A stretch of DNA of 64,000 bases from Bugula neritina (Eukaryota > Animalia > Bryozoa). The stretch lies in NCBI GenBank assembly GCA_964035545.1, contig OZ037767.1, positions 22,956,628-23,020,627 on the forward strand, in the 5' to 3' direction. A model generated the notes under the pieces. The model worked only from the letters and a program-made list of their open reading frames with translations. It did no database searches and was not told the DNA's origin. Positions 40,501 through 53,570 of this stretch are shown here, in pieces. A program made the position numbers and the translations under genes. Within the stretch, counting starts at the first letter, position 1. Every line of letters starts with the position of its first letter.

Positions 40501-43500
40501 CGACTCTGCAACGAGCTTTCAGCGTTCGGGGTGACAAAAAGCTTTCTCTTAGCTCTAATAACAGTGAAGTGAAACCAACTTCACAGCGACTCTCGGAACT
40601 GAAAGGTAGAAATTATAAAAGCAATAACAATAATTTTTGCAACGATGGGGATGTTGAAAGTGAGACTAAGCAACTTGAATCACCGGAGCACATGACGAAA
40701 GCTGAAGTTGTTGCTATGGCACGTCAGAATATGGTGATTGAGGAAGTGAGAGAAAGCGAAGTGATTCAGGTGGACATGAAACGCCAAGATAACTCATCAG
40801 AGTTTCTTGCTGAGCAGACGGTAGAAGAGAAGACGCAGACGTCGGAAAAGCAGACTCTAGAACAGCTGACACTAGAAGAGCAGACCGTAGAAGGGAGGAA
40901 GCGAACGCCAGAAAAGCAGATGTTAGAAGACCTGATGTCAGAAGAGCAGACAACAGAAGAGAAGGCGCCAGAAGAGCAAGTGCTTGGTGAAAATTTGTCA
41001 GATGATGACAACAGTATCTATTATCCTCCAAGGAATAAAGCTAGCACATCAACTCTAGTTGATACTTCAGGTGAGGCTGCTGGGAAATTATTTATTTTGT
41101 GTTATGATTGATTCTTGATTAATCTTCAACTCGCACATTTTTTTTTAATTTAGATATGTTTCCTAATTATTTGTGACAGGTTCTAAATTTGTTGTACAAA
41201 CACGACTCTGCATTCTGTTATCTGTGGACAGATAAACTTTCTACAAATTCTTTTGAAATTCTAACTAACTAGTCGATATTTTACAATATTGTTCATCTGT
41301 ACATAAATGTAACAGAATATTTTTGCTTTATATTTGAACTGTAAAGTATTTTTACTATAAGATTTAATTTAAAAAATAATGTCTCAATGCTTGTTGATGG
41401 ATTAGAAAGTTATTGATTTGTTTATATCTGATTGCAGCATATCTTGCAGCTCCAATGGCCTTTCTACAAAGACCACGATTAGACACCTTAACTGGAATGT
41501 TACCTCCTGAAAGCGAGACTACCAGCTGTACTGGAGACAGTAAAGATGAGTACTTAGGTATGCCTACTTCTATGCATTATCTCTCACTGTATAGTTACTT
41601 CTATATATTATATCTCTGATTGTATAGTTACTTCTATGTATTATATCTCTCACTGTATAGTTACTTCTATATATTATCAAATCTCTCACTGTATAGTTAC
41701 TTCTATATATTATCATTATTATTATTATATACAATCTCTCACAGAGGATGAGGACAGTCCATTCTTCCTTCTCAAACCGATGAATGAAACTGAAAGCATC
41801 AACTACCTGAGAGACTGTCTGGACGAAGGCTACCAACTGAATGAGTTCCGCAGACAACATAATAACGAGAGTCTCCTCCATGTGGCTGTCAGGAAACGTA
41901 CGTCAGTCTATTCTTTTTTTTACATTCCATGTCACATGCATGTGTGCTACACGCAGTGTTTAGTACGAAAATTGCTCAAACACAAAGTAGCAGGGCTGAC
42001 CTGTTAAGATTAGCAAACATGACTCACATTCTGCAAACTTTAGCTGTTCAAATGTAGACTTGGATCTTGAATTATGTTGTTAAGAGGCAGTTTAGCATGC
42101 AAGCTTATTATTATTTTTCAGTTACAAACTAGTTTTTTTGGGTATTTGTGCTCAAACTCAATTTTTCAGTATTTTATGTGTTGAAAACTCCTATTATTAA
42201 TCAATTCACTCTTCCTGGATTTGCACTGATTCGTTTCACCTGAAGTTTATCAATGTCTTCCGTCATGTTTGTTTTGCTAGATCTATAAGCCTATATTATA
42301 CTATACACTTTATTATACTTACAGTTCATGCTGTATTATGCTAGACCTATACGTCTATATTATACTATATACTATATCATACTCACAGTTTATGTTATAT
42401 TTTGCACAGGATATTTACAATTGGCGGAATACCTGATTGATCATGGTCTAGACATCAATGCTGCCAACAAGCGTGGTTTTACAAGTTTACATATCGCTGC
42501 CAGAGATGGAGCGCTGCGCTGGGTTCAAATGTGAGTCTCTCAACTAATGTAGGTGTCATGTACTAGCCAATGTAACTCTCGTAGTAACACACAACACCCT
42601 GCAGACTGTTACTGTCCTGTGTGTAGCTCAGATATATAATATATACTGATTACTGAGGTAGTTTTTAGTGACATCAGCTTTTAAGTATGATTGTAGTTTA
42701 ATTTAAATTATAGCTGTGGTTATTCTTGCATTTCTCTTGGGCCTGATATGTTGTTGTGTAACAGAGATGTGCTACTTTTTCTATATTGCTATTAAACTCA
42801 ATCCATGAGGGTTTATGGTAACCATTACTATAAGAGGTATTGATGAAAGGGTTTTAAGCTAAGAACTTATTTTCTATTGTGGCACATGAGCAATTATGAC
42901 TGGATGCTCTTCCTAACATTACCAATGGTTTTACTGGGATTTGAACCACTGACCTTGTGTTGCTAAGCAGTGCTCTAACCCCTAGACCACAACTCCTTCC
43001 TTTACTGTTTTTATGTTATTATATTATATACAGACAGGAGCCTTTGATAGTACTATCTTAGATTAGAAAAAATGTTTTATAACCCCTAGACTATGGCTGC
43101 TCTTATATATTGTCTGTATATTACACCATGTACAGGCAGGAACCTTTGGCTGTACTATGTTAGAGTTGAAAAAATAATGTTATCTCCTACAATATATTTT
43201 GAGTTGCTCTCTCCTACCAATATACTTTACTAATATCTCATATGACTAAGGCGCTTTTATACGACATATATAAATATGTGTATGCCATATACAACCTCAA
43301 TGAAATTGCTTTTGCCTTATATACACATATCTAGATATGTGTAAATGTTACATACGATATATATATAAATATATGTATACATTGTTAGCCAATAAATTTT
43401 CCCCGTTCTGCTACAGGCTGATATCAAACGGCGCTAGTGTAGAGAGAATGACCTTAGATGGGCAATCCGTTCTTGACATTGCTGTGACAAACGACAAAAT

Positions 43501-45368
43501 CCAAATCATAGAATTCCTACTCAGTAAAGATACCTTGTCAGCACTTACCATAGAGTCAGCACTCAATGTTCTTGTTAAGTGAGTTAATCAACAGACAAAT
43601 TTAACAGCTTTCATTAAACTTTGTTCCTCAAAACTTATTGAGAGTTATCTTTCCATTTAGGAACAAGATATGTGCAGCTACTTGTAAGAAAAGTGTTTGT
43701 ATTCTGATGTAGCACATTGCCGCTAAAATGAAATCTTATAATATGTTATTATATATATTCTGTAAATAATCACAAACGGTTAATAGAATTTTTTTTATCC
43801 AATTTCCAAGAATTTGCAAGATTATGTTGAATGCTCACAGTTGTCTTAAAAGTCGTTCACATTACGTATGTTAATTCTATGCCGACCCATAAATTTGATG
43901 TAATTTTAAACCTAGCTTGCTTTTGTAATTAGTGTACTTTAGTGGCAAGAAGACAACTCCTAGTTTATAGATTAATTCACTTTTTGGTGACAGAAGCAGA
44001 CAATTTCAGGTTCTATTTTGCTATGTGCTGCGTTTCTATTTGACATACAATTTTGTGTAATGAGTCAGACTCACTATCTTACTAAAAGCCACTTATGAAC
44101 ATGAGTTAGATAGAAAGTTAGACAGAAAAACTTGCATTTGCTGTATTTTGTAATATTGCAGTAAATTGACTGACAAACTTTATTGGTCAGCTGATTAGAA
44201 AATTGTGTGTGAATGTGCTACATTTTTTCTGTTGTGTTTCAAGAATTCACTTCACCTTTAGCCTGCTTGTTTCCTTTGTTTTTGCAAATATTTTAATTTA
44301 TATGACTAATTGAGTTGCGTGAGTTCTTTACTGCTGGTATGTTTCTGCAGCAAGAGAAGGTCTAACGTCATCACCCGATTATTCTCCAAGCATATTGATG
44401 CTCGTGTTCAGAGCACTGACTTAGAAATACATCTCGTCACCCCTCTGGCAGCACAGAGACAGCATTGGAAGGTTTTAAACTTCATTATATCTGAGGTGAG
44501 CTGAAATAAAATGATTTCACATTGACATTGTGTAGTGTTGAGTTGGCCCAGTGGCCCCTGTGGTGTAATTGGTTAGCGCGTCTGCTTGCAAGCCGGAGGT
44601 CTCCGGTTCAAATCTCAGTGGAATCAAAATTATTTTACGCATTGGATTATAAAAGTATATTGCGAGGCTCTAGTTTTTTTTTTGTGAAAGATAACTTGTG
44701 TGAGTTTATAATCCCCATCCCCGTGAGAACCCCTAATGAAAAAGTTTTTAAGCTAAGGGCTTGTTTTCTATGTTGACAAAGGAGCAGCTATAAACTGAAT
44801 GGTTTTCCTAACATCACCTATGATTTTTACTGGGATTCGAACCACTAACCTTGTGTTTACTAAGCCAGTGATTTAACCTCTAGACTATGGCTGCTTCACT
44901 GTTTATAAGAAAATATCATTATTAATAAAATATTTATAGTAAAATTTGTGCCAGAAAAAGCATTACAGTGTTTCCCAGATTTAAAGAGTTGAATTTATTA
45001 TTAGATAAATAACAACTGGGTACTTTTTTAATGCTAAATAAGTATAAATGAGCATTGCGCCAAGATACTAGTAGATTGTCGAGCGCTGTTAGTCATAACC
45101 ATTTGATTTTTAGAGAAAAAGACATCATTGCCTGCTTTCACTGAACAAGAGAGATGAGGCAGGGTTTGCTGCGGTCCATTACTGTGCAATGAACAACTGT
45201 CTAATTCCCCTGAAGAGACTGCACAAGGCAGGCGCTAGTATAACAAGGCAGACTAAAGTCTCAAACAACTGGGAAGAGGATGTTCAACGTATGGACGTCA
45301 GGAGGATCGCTCTCAAGAACGGGTTCCAGGACATTGCACAGTATGCTAAAGAGGAAATGAAAAAATAG
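33849..45368 (+). CDS. Ankyrin-repeat protein, ~921 aa: N-terminal ANK cluster, acidic/Ser-rich disordered linker, C-terminal ANK cluster
   Basis: Fifteen phase-consistent exons: 33849-33971, 34982-35075, 36557-36717, 37143-37289, 38386-38563, 39117-39245, 39328-39486, 39862-40020, 40411-41070, 41438-41557, 41745-41897, 42410-42530, 43417-43578, 44351-44495, 45114-45368. ANK motifs SALHLAV, GESALHYAV, GRTALHTAI, GNTTLHTLL, ESLLHVAV, GFTSLHIAA, GQSVLDIAV and GFAAVHYCA. No orthologue recognised. Confidence 0.85.
34849..34892. repeat. (TA)n microsatellite
   Basis: Directly visible. Confidence 0.95.
36257..36473 (-). mobile_element. tRNA-derived SINE copy (same family as 32650-32865)
   Basis: Minus strand GGCAGCCGTGGTCTAGGGGGTTAGAGC...GTTCGAGCTC...GATGTTAGGAAGAGCATCCAGCCATAA; flanked by a TTTCTCACA direct repeat. 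Confidence 0.85.
36832..37118. repeat. ~33-bp minisatellite (ATTACCAAAGAGTATATACACTGTA...) in an ankyrin-gene intron
   Basis: Directly visible. Confidence 0.9.
37446..37537. repeat. (TA)n microsatellite
   Basis: Directly visible. Confidence 0.95.
37755..37930. repeat. 27-bp minisatellite (ACTGTAGTTGTATACTATACAGTAACT)
   Basis: Directly visible. Confidence 0.9.
39615..39800. repeat. ~24-bp minisatellite (AGTAACAGTTTAGTAGAGTAAGT)
   Basis: Directly visible. Confidence 0.9.
42805..42996 (-). mobile_element. tRNA-derived SINE copy (diverged)
   Basis: Plus strand TTATGACTGGATGCTCTTCCTAACATT...GGGATTTGAACC...CTCTAACCCCTAGACCAC matches the family. A duplicated head fragment lies at ~43080-43103. 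Confidence 0.8.
43661..43712 (+). CDS. Candidate alternative terminal exon of the ankyrin gene, encoding a CaaX tail (KNKICAATCKKSVCILM*)
   Basis: Acceptor TATCTTTCCATTTAG ends at 43660, closing an 82-nt intron after the phase-2 donor at 43578; reads in frame to TAG at 43710-43712. Confidence 0.6.
44553..44626 (+). pseudogene. tRNA-like sequence (tRNA pseudogene or head of a different SINE)
   Basis: GGCCCCTGTGGTGTAATTGGTTAGCGCGTCTGCTTGCAAGCCGGAGGTCTCCGGTTCAAATCTCAG has A/B boxes, but the acceptor and T stems do not pair. Confidence 0.5.
44700..44895 (-). mobile_element. tRNA-derived SINE copy (diverged)
   Basis: Plus strand TTCCTAACATCACC...GGGATTCGAACC...CTAGACTATGGCTGC matches the family. 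Confidence 0.8.
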
Positions 45369-48300
45369 AGCAGATGGAGTTGTATTTTTTGCTCAACTCT
45401 TGTGAGGAAGTTTATTTAATACTAGTTAGACGTCTCTCTCTCGCTCCCCCTCCCCCTCTCTCTCTTTCTCTCTCTCATATTGCAGTAATAGCTACAAGGG
45501 AGGGGTAGTAATGGAGAAATTAAGAAAAGGCGGCTGCTCTTGAAAAAAATGTAGCAAAAACATTATGTTCTTGTGAGAGTTTTTAAACATGTCTAAAACT
45601 AAGGTTTATAAAATCGGTAAAAACTTAGGCTATTAAACTTTCTCAGTCATTGCACCTAAAGAAATCTTATCCGGTATTGACAGTTTCAAATTTAGCCATA
45701 ATAACGTAATGCTTATACACTGTGCCATGCAGTGTCTAACTATATTTTCATTACATATATATGTATGTTTTTCCAAGTTAGTAAAAACTTTTAAAAGTTT
45801 TTGAGTTGTTTCCTTTCATATCTACTTGGCTTCAAATTTTGTGAGATACATGTAATGTGTCAAAAGTAACTTTTTGGGTTGTTATTTTTTCAAGTTGTGT
45901 GTGTTTTTTCAATAATACTTGATATTTAAAATTTATCTTTATGTTAGCTGTTTCATTATCAGTATGAAATTTGTTTGCTGATGCAATCTTCAAACTTTAT
46001 CCAGTGTTTTTATGTTTTATTTGCAAAACATTTAATTTAAATACTGGAGGTTAAATTTTACTTTTAATAGTAGTTGAAAAATTGCCGTTAAACATTGAAA
46101 ACTCTATAAAGTATCACAATAAAATGGGTGACCGGTGAAGCAAGCTAACTAATGACTCTTCTGTTTATAGTGATGCGGGCAGAACAAGATCTATCTGGTT
46201 GTATTCACTGGGCATTTGTTAGAACGTGTCCAGAGGGCCGAATCTGTCTACAGTTGGTCGGGCTTTTTGAGAGCAGAGCAATTAGACATGAATAAGAACA
46301 ACACATCATATATATGGTTGTGGTAGATTCAAAGTGTAATATCCTTCTCTCTAGCCCTAATTGCAACAATTATTTTAATTCTCACACATTGCTTTGCAAA
46401 TTAGACACATGATTTACACCCCAGTGGATAATATGTACAATTTTAAATACATCTGTTTGCTGGTGTTAATTTCTTTTTACCCCTTAATGTGTTCACACCA
46501 AAACAACCACTAACTAGCCAAATATTTTACACTCAATGGAAAGGGTTTAATTAGTAAACAGGTATAACTATATATCAATAATAATTATGATTGTAAAAGA
46601 ATACCACATATTTAAAACAATTGTCTAGTTAATTTGAAGGATATTCCAAGTGGTAAATCAGATAATGACACACAGTAGCATTGCCTGCATTATTCAGGGC
46701 ATGAAATGAGTTTCAAATATAATATCTCTGTTATAGACAGTAAATTATCAGTGTTGGTTTTCTTATATTTTAAATGCAAGCCTGCCTCAATGTAACACTT
46801 CTATGCATGATTAGACAATTTGTGGGTCACTAATTCTGCTTCACAAAATATTTCGTGTACTATAAAAATATATTTTGCTATTTGGGGTGAAAATCTTTTA
46901 AAAAATAGATATCTTCAAACTTACATAAATCCTTCTAACGATAAATTTGCTCTCTTGTAGCATATAATTTAGTGTTTTGATGTGCATATCCTTATGTGAA
47001 GTAGACTAAGTAACTCTCAGGTTTTTCTACTAGTATAGAAATGTTGAGTGAAGAAAGACCTTCAAGTATTACCACCTCAAACTTTGCTTGTAGCAATAAC
47101 TTAAGTTCCACAAACTGAGCACATAGCAACAAAACGTACACGCAATGCTCAAATGCGACCTTATTTCATGTGGCAATAAATTTTTTTGTAAAGAAAGTAT
47201 TCAATTATAACTTATCCTTCCTTTTTAATCTTTTTATTCAAACTAAATTTGACTGTTATTATCTAAGAGCCAAAGCTATTAAAAACTTGATCAGTTGGTT
47301 TAAATGTCAACAATAGCTGGAAGAGCAAGCAAAGCTATCTATGTTCCAGTGCCACCAGATTAGCGCTGTTAGTTCATTACTCTGAGAACATTACGAAACA
47401 AAATAGCAGTTAGAAGGTTAGAATACTATTGCAGCAGACACTGCACATTTGCAGCTCTGACAAATATGAAAGTGGCGAAACAAAAGCCAGCCACAAGTGT
47501 CTTCTCTTACAAGGTAATGAGACTTTTACACTGAGCTGTAGAGAATATACAATTAAACTCTAGTAGATAATTGCTCAGTTTGCCAATTAATCATTTTATC
47601 AACAAGCTTTGATTTACACGGATAATTGATCAACTTGATGCATGCTTTTGAGCATGTAGTTAGAGTAATTAACACCATCAATGTGTGCATAAAACATACA
47701 ATATACACATGGACAACATACTCAGCAACTTGCACTGTTTCAAGAGCTTCTCAGAAACAGCGTAGAACATGTCTAATTACCTCACTTGTCAACTGCTTAG
47801 CCTTAGAGAGTTTAATACATAGATTGTGTTTTAAGATTAATCATTTTTTATATAGAGTGGTTGGTGCTAGCTGAGATTCCAAAGGCTATGATTGTTTTCA
47901 GTAGAGAGTTAGATGGTCTGCTCACTTCAACCCCTTCTTCAAATAAATAAACAGAAGTTTGGCGACTACATCTCATTATCAACTGACTGGAAACACAGCC
48001 AGGGGTGACATGTGTGCACCTAAACCTGATATCGGCAGCATGTAGACTTTGCTGCCACCAGCAAGCTATGTCATTCTGAGTTCTGATGATCATACTTGCT
48101 ATAATAAGTGATCAATAGTATATATTATTGGTACTGTAAAGGGCAAAAGATCTAATAGAAGTCCAGGTTTTGCAGGAAAACTTTAGCTTCCAACATGGTG
48201 CTGTTTCCTTTTTATATAAGCAGTTATAGAATAAATAACAATGTCATATTGCTATAATTGCGACTAATGATAACAGGTTAGTTATTTTGTAAAAAGAAAA

Positions 48301-48504
48301 ATTATTAAAATTGAATCCAAACAACCAGTCTATTTTTTGAAATGACAGAAATTTGTGTATCAGCCTTCCTGATGGCAGTTGAAGAAGCTCTTGAGCCATC
48401 CTCTTTTAGTCCCAGCTTTTTTCATGCATGCTGATATTGCGTTGTATATCTACATAACCCTTTTATTATTGTGATTATACCACACGCACCACCCACCACA
48501 CATC

Positions 48505-48533
48505 CACACGCACTACACACACACACACACACA

Positions 48534-48597
<64 letters not shown>

Positions 48598-48614
48598 TGC
48601 ACGCACACACACAC
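48505..48614. repeat. (CA)n + (GCAC)n microsatellite
   Basis: Directly visible. Confidence 0.95.
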
Positions 48615-49397
48615 GTAAGAAAATAAAATTTATATATTAATGTTGCCTGCATGAAAAATGCGAGTTAAGCAATTAACACCAAATCTTTGATACATCTTTT
48701 TGCAGAGCAATTTTTTTGGTCATTAGACCAGGTTTTACAATTTTTCAATTGCAAAACTTTTGATATTGTAATAATAATTTTAGCAGTAGCTAACAGTAAT
48801 TTGATACTGGGAAATTTCAAATAATTCAAACATATAGGCCGTATTTTACCGTATTTTTTTCACTTGCCAATTCTATAAATAGCTATATTAATCATCGTTT
48901 GTTTCATTATAAAATACACGTTTAGAATTTATAAAATTGTAATACTATGTTATTGAGATTTAAAAAAATTATAATATGGTTATTGTAAGACTGCTAAAGC
49001 TAGTCAAACATGTGAATACCTTGTGTTCTTGACTTCAGGTATGCTTCAGCACAGCCCTGTGGTGTCTTCAGATACTGAATATTGTATTTATAAATGAACT
49101 ATAAATGGTTGTGCTTTTAAAATAAAAGAATATTTTTAATTACAAATTTGTAGTTTATTGTGACTATGTTAGCATAGTTTGTTAATAAAACATTATATAC
49201 ATGTCCTAATAACAATATACACTCCATTGCATAGAGCTATGAAATAAATATAAATGCATATAATAGCAAAGAATATTACAATATTGGGGAAACTTAAATG
49301 CCATTCGGCTTACAGGTAAAATATTTACATTCAGTGAAAAAATATAAATAGAGACAATAAAAAAGTGAATGATAAATAGGTTAGTTTTTATTAAAAT

Positions 49398-51027
49398 TTA
49401 ATGAGATATTTCTAAGACTTGAGTTGACAGAAGTGGAAGTGACTTGGTTTCTGAAGTGGCAGAGTTGAGGGAGGACGTGGGGGACAGTTGGTGAGACAGA
49501 CGGCTCATTCTTAGCATACTATTTATTGAGTCAGCATTGCTATATGATGACATCAAGTCAGCAGGCATTGGCAGTGGCATTCTGGGTAAAAAAGGAGCTT
49601 TAATTAAGAGACAGCGAGTACAGACGCAGAAGAAATCTCCGGTACAGACGTGGCTCAGCATTGGGAGAGTATTGGTGACTGATTTAGTAGCTGCTCCAGA
49701 GAATGCAGTAGGAGAGGGTACTTTGGACACCCTCAATACATCAGCTTGTTGATTAGAATTCAAGTCTGTTATCTGAAAAGTTGACAACGGAACATTATAA
49801 ATATGGCAGGTGAGAAGATAAGTGTTAACTGATATATGATTACTTAACGTGAATAATGTCTTTGTAGGAAGAATAATATCTAGTCTGGAATATTTAGATT
49901 AAAATACAAAAAATACAGAAAGACCAGCTTTCAAAACACTAAAATAGAAAGCACTAAATTCCACCTGTTTTTACTTATTTTGAGAGTTTTGTTATATGAT
50001 TTACACAATATAGCACTTATACTTTGTGTACAATGCACCAGCATAAAATAGCTACATAAAATAAAGCATAGTAATACAATTATTATATCTACTAATATTA
50101 TGCATAGAGTTATAAAATATGCAATAGGATAACTTATTAAAGCTAATAATAATTTATAATAAATTATAATTAATAAGCAAATTGTAAATAGAAAGCTGCA
50201 CTCACCATTTTCTGCATTTCTTCAACACTTTTCTGTAGAGACAAGATGTAGTTCCTGGCTAAGACCATCGTAGATATTTTAGAAAGTTTACGTACAGACG
50301 GGTTTTTGCTGTATGGCATTACTTCACGCAGGCTGTCTAGAGCATGGTTTAGATCATGCATTCTCTGTCTCTCTCTAGCATTAACCTATCAGGAGAAGTG
50401 TAACATAACTATCAACCAATCAACAAACAAATTGCACCTAACTGCTAAAAACATGAAACAATTACAAGTTTACGATGTAAAAGACACAGGAATATTAAAA
50501 TAAGTTCAATAGAGAATAATTTAACATGCAGCAAGTTTATGTGTGAAACAATTGACTATATAATAAATGCAACAGTGAAAGCTGAGACTTTTCACTGTTA
50601 TACATTGAGTTGATATTTACCTTCAGTCTGAGATCGTGAAGCTCTTCATCACCAAGTTCTTTACTGGAGACAGATGAACAGTTTGAGACGCTGCTAGTAC
50701 GCTTCTTAACATTTCTGACATAAGGAACACCATATGTATTCTGTCTCTAAAATTATTAGAATGTTGTGTAAATTTGCTTTTTTAGATACATTTAGTTATA
50801 TATATATGAATAATATATAATGTACAAAATGCAATAACTAACAAAATATTTAAATTTAGCCATATATAACAGTATTAAATAGCAAAAATTTGTTTTCAAC
50901 AAAATCAGTGTTTTAATGTATCCTCTAGAATTACTGCTAAGCTACACACCATAAAATGGAAAACATTTAAACATTATCACTCTAAAAAACTTACTTCAAT
51001 ACTGTTTTTTGTAAGTCTGTCTGCCAT
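49398..51027 (-). CDS. Olig-family (Olig/bHLHe22-23 group) neural bHLH transcription factor, 237 aa
   Basis: Exons 51027-50995, 50746-50621, 50385-50206 and 49772-49398. bHLH domain [54 protein letters not shown]; downstream CxCxxC motif (CVCTRC) as in Olig/Beta3 proteins. Confidence 0.9.
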
Positions 51028-51110
51028 TTTCTTAAAAACCTAAATATATAAATAAAAACTTTGCACGCAGTAAATTATTGAAGTTTGTGGAACATCACAT
51101 CAGAGTCGTG

Positions 51111-51120
51111 CTTTATATAG
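51111..51120 (-). promoter_or_regulatory. TATA box of the Olig-like gene
   Basis: CTATATAAAG on the minus strand, ~85 bp upstream of the ATG. Confidence 0.65.
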
Positions 51121-51660
51121 GAGAGAGAACATGAAGGGCGTGCCTTAGTGTCAAGTCCCAAGTATAGCCTGGGGTAACAAGGTTGTTATGAGATATGTTG
51201 GTTTCTTTATGGGCACACTAGATGAATGGATACTCAAAGCTTGTGATGCTAATCCAAGCTCTTAGATCTGTAATCACATTCAAAGTACCACAATACAATT
51301 AATAAAATACTGAATTGCTCATCAGCTACTTGTACCTACAAAGAGCAGTGGTAAATATACTGGAAAGTGTTATATACAACCACAAAGCTTTACAAAAAGC
51401 ATGTTATTGGTGTGCTGTGCCAGCCACTGAGTGTCGTATATAGTAGGTTGAATAATAAATATGTCACAAAATATATTGCAAATAAGCGTGTTTACTTAAA
51501 ATTCTAGTTTAAACTATACATTATATAATAAAAATTTGTGTAACTAACAATAACATTTTAACGTTTATATTATTACATGCATATACAATATAATATATAT
51601 AATATATATAATATATACATTATATACATTATATACAATATATACAATATACAGTATACA

Positions 51661-52551
<891 letters not shown>

Positions 52552-53184
52552 ATATATATATATATATATATATGATTTTTTACTGCGTATGTTAATGTTT
52601 ATTATATACCATTTCTACCAAAGAGGTACCCATTCTATTGACCCTGCTGAAGGAGTTTAAAACACTTGCAAGAATCACTTTTCCTTTTAAGGATTTATTT
52701 GAAACTTTGCATACTCCTTTGTTATGAAAAATATTGCCAAATCCAATTGCCTTGATAAAGAGAACGTAACATATTTTTACCTATCTCACTTACGTTTAGG
52801 CTATGAATATTCATTATAGGCTGACTATTCATTCAGCAGGTGCCATGTTGGCATCAGGATTAGCAGCAGATGACATGATGCACATTTACTTGCGGCAAGA
52901 AACAGCCCAACCTTAAGCAAATTGTGTACAAACTTGTGGCACATCTGTCAGCAGTGGATGGTGCTTGAAGTGAGTGCTAAGTTATTTAGCGGAGCGTGCC
53001 GTGTGTACATGTGTCGACTTGCCTACAGCTAAAACCAGTGCTTTGGTGTTGAGACATCAAAAACATGATAGTTCAAAGCGAGTGAATAAAGATGATGGGT
53101 TGACAGAGTGAATAATTGCTGTCGCCTCCATCACTTGAGCATCTGACTTTGACAAATGACTTTGTTGTGTACATTGTGTGTGCT

Positions 53185-53570
53185 CACTATTATTAGTGTA
53201 ACATATATTGTATTATAGTGTAACATGTAATATATCATAGTGTGATATATAATATATAATTATAGTGTAGAATATAATGTTATAGTGCAACATATTGGTA
53301 TAATGTATTATAGAGAAACATATAATGTATTTTAGTGTAGAATTGTATATATTGTAGGCCTATATGTTATGTTATATTATGTATTATAGTGCAACGTATT
53401 AATAAAATATATTATAGTGGGATATATATTATAGTGCAATGCATAATATATACTTTACACTGTATTATATGTTATAGTGTAGAATATATAAGCATATGAT
53501 AGAGTGGTGTATCACATATTATAATGTAGTATAGTATGGCATAAAATGTGTTATAGTGTGACACAAAGTA
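53185..53570. repeat. Highly degenerate tandem repeat (TATTATAGTGTAACATATA-like)
   Basis: Recurrent ATTATAGTG core. Confidence 0.75.

Noticed and set aside
40714-41031. Antisense ORFs over the ankyrin linker exon, and similar shadow ORFs over innexin, Olig, NUDT8 and REV3L exons
   Set aside because: They are shadows of real coding exons on the opposite strand, with no independent support.
43661-43683. 23-nt cassette micro-exon (AG...T|GTAAGA) in the ankyrin gene
   Set aside because: Inclusion shifts the frame and reaches a stop in the next exon. The segment makes better sense as the start of a terminal CaaX exon.
44553-44626. Functional tRNA-Cys/Ala gene
   Set aside because: The acceptor and T stems are not complementary and the anticodon register is ambiguous. 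Kept only as a tRNA-like relic.
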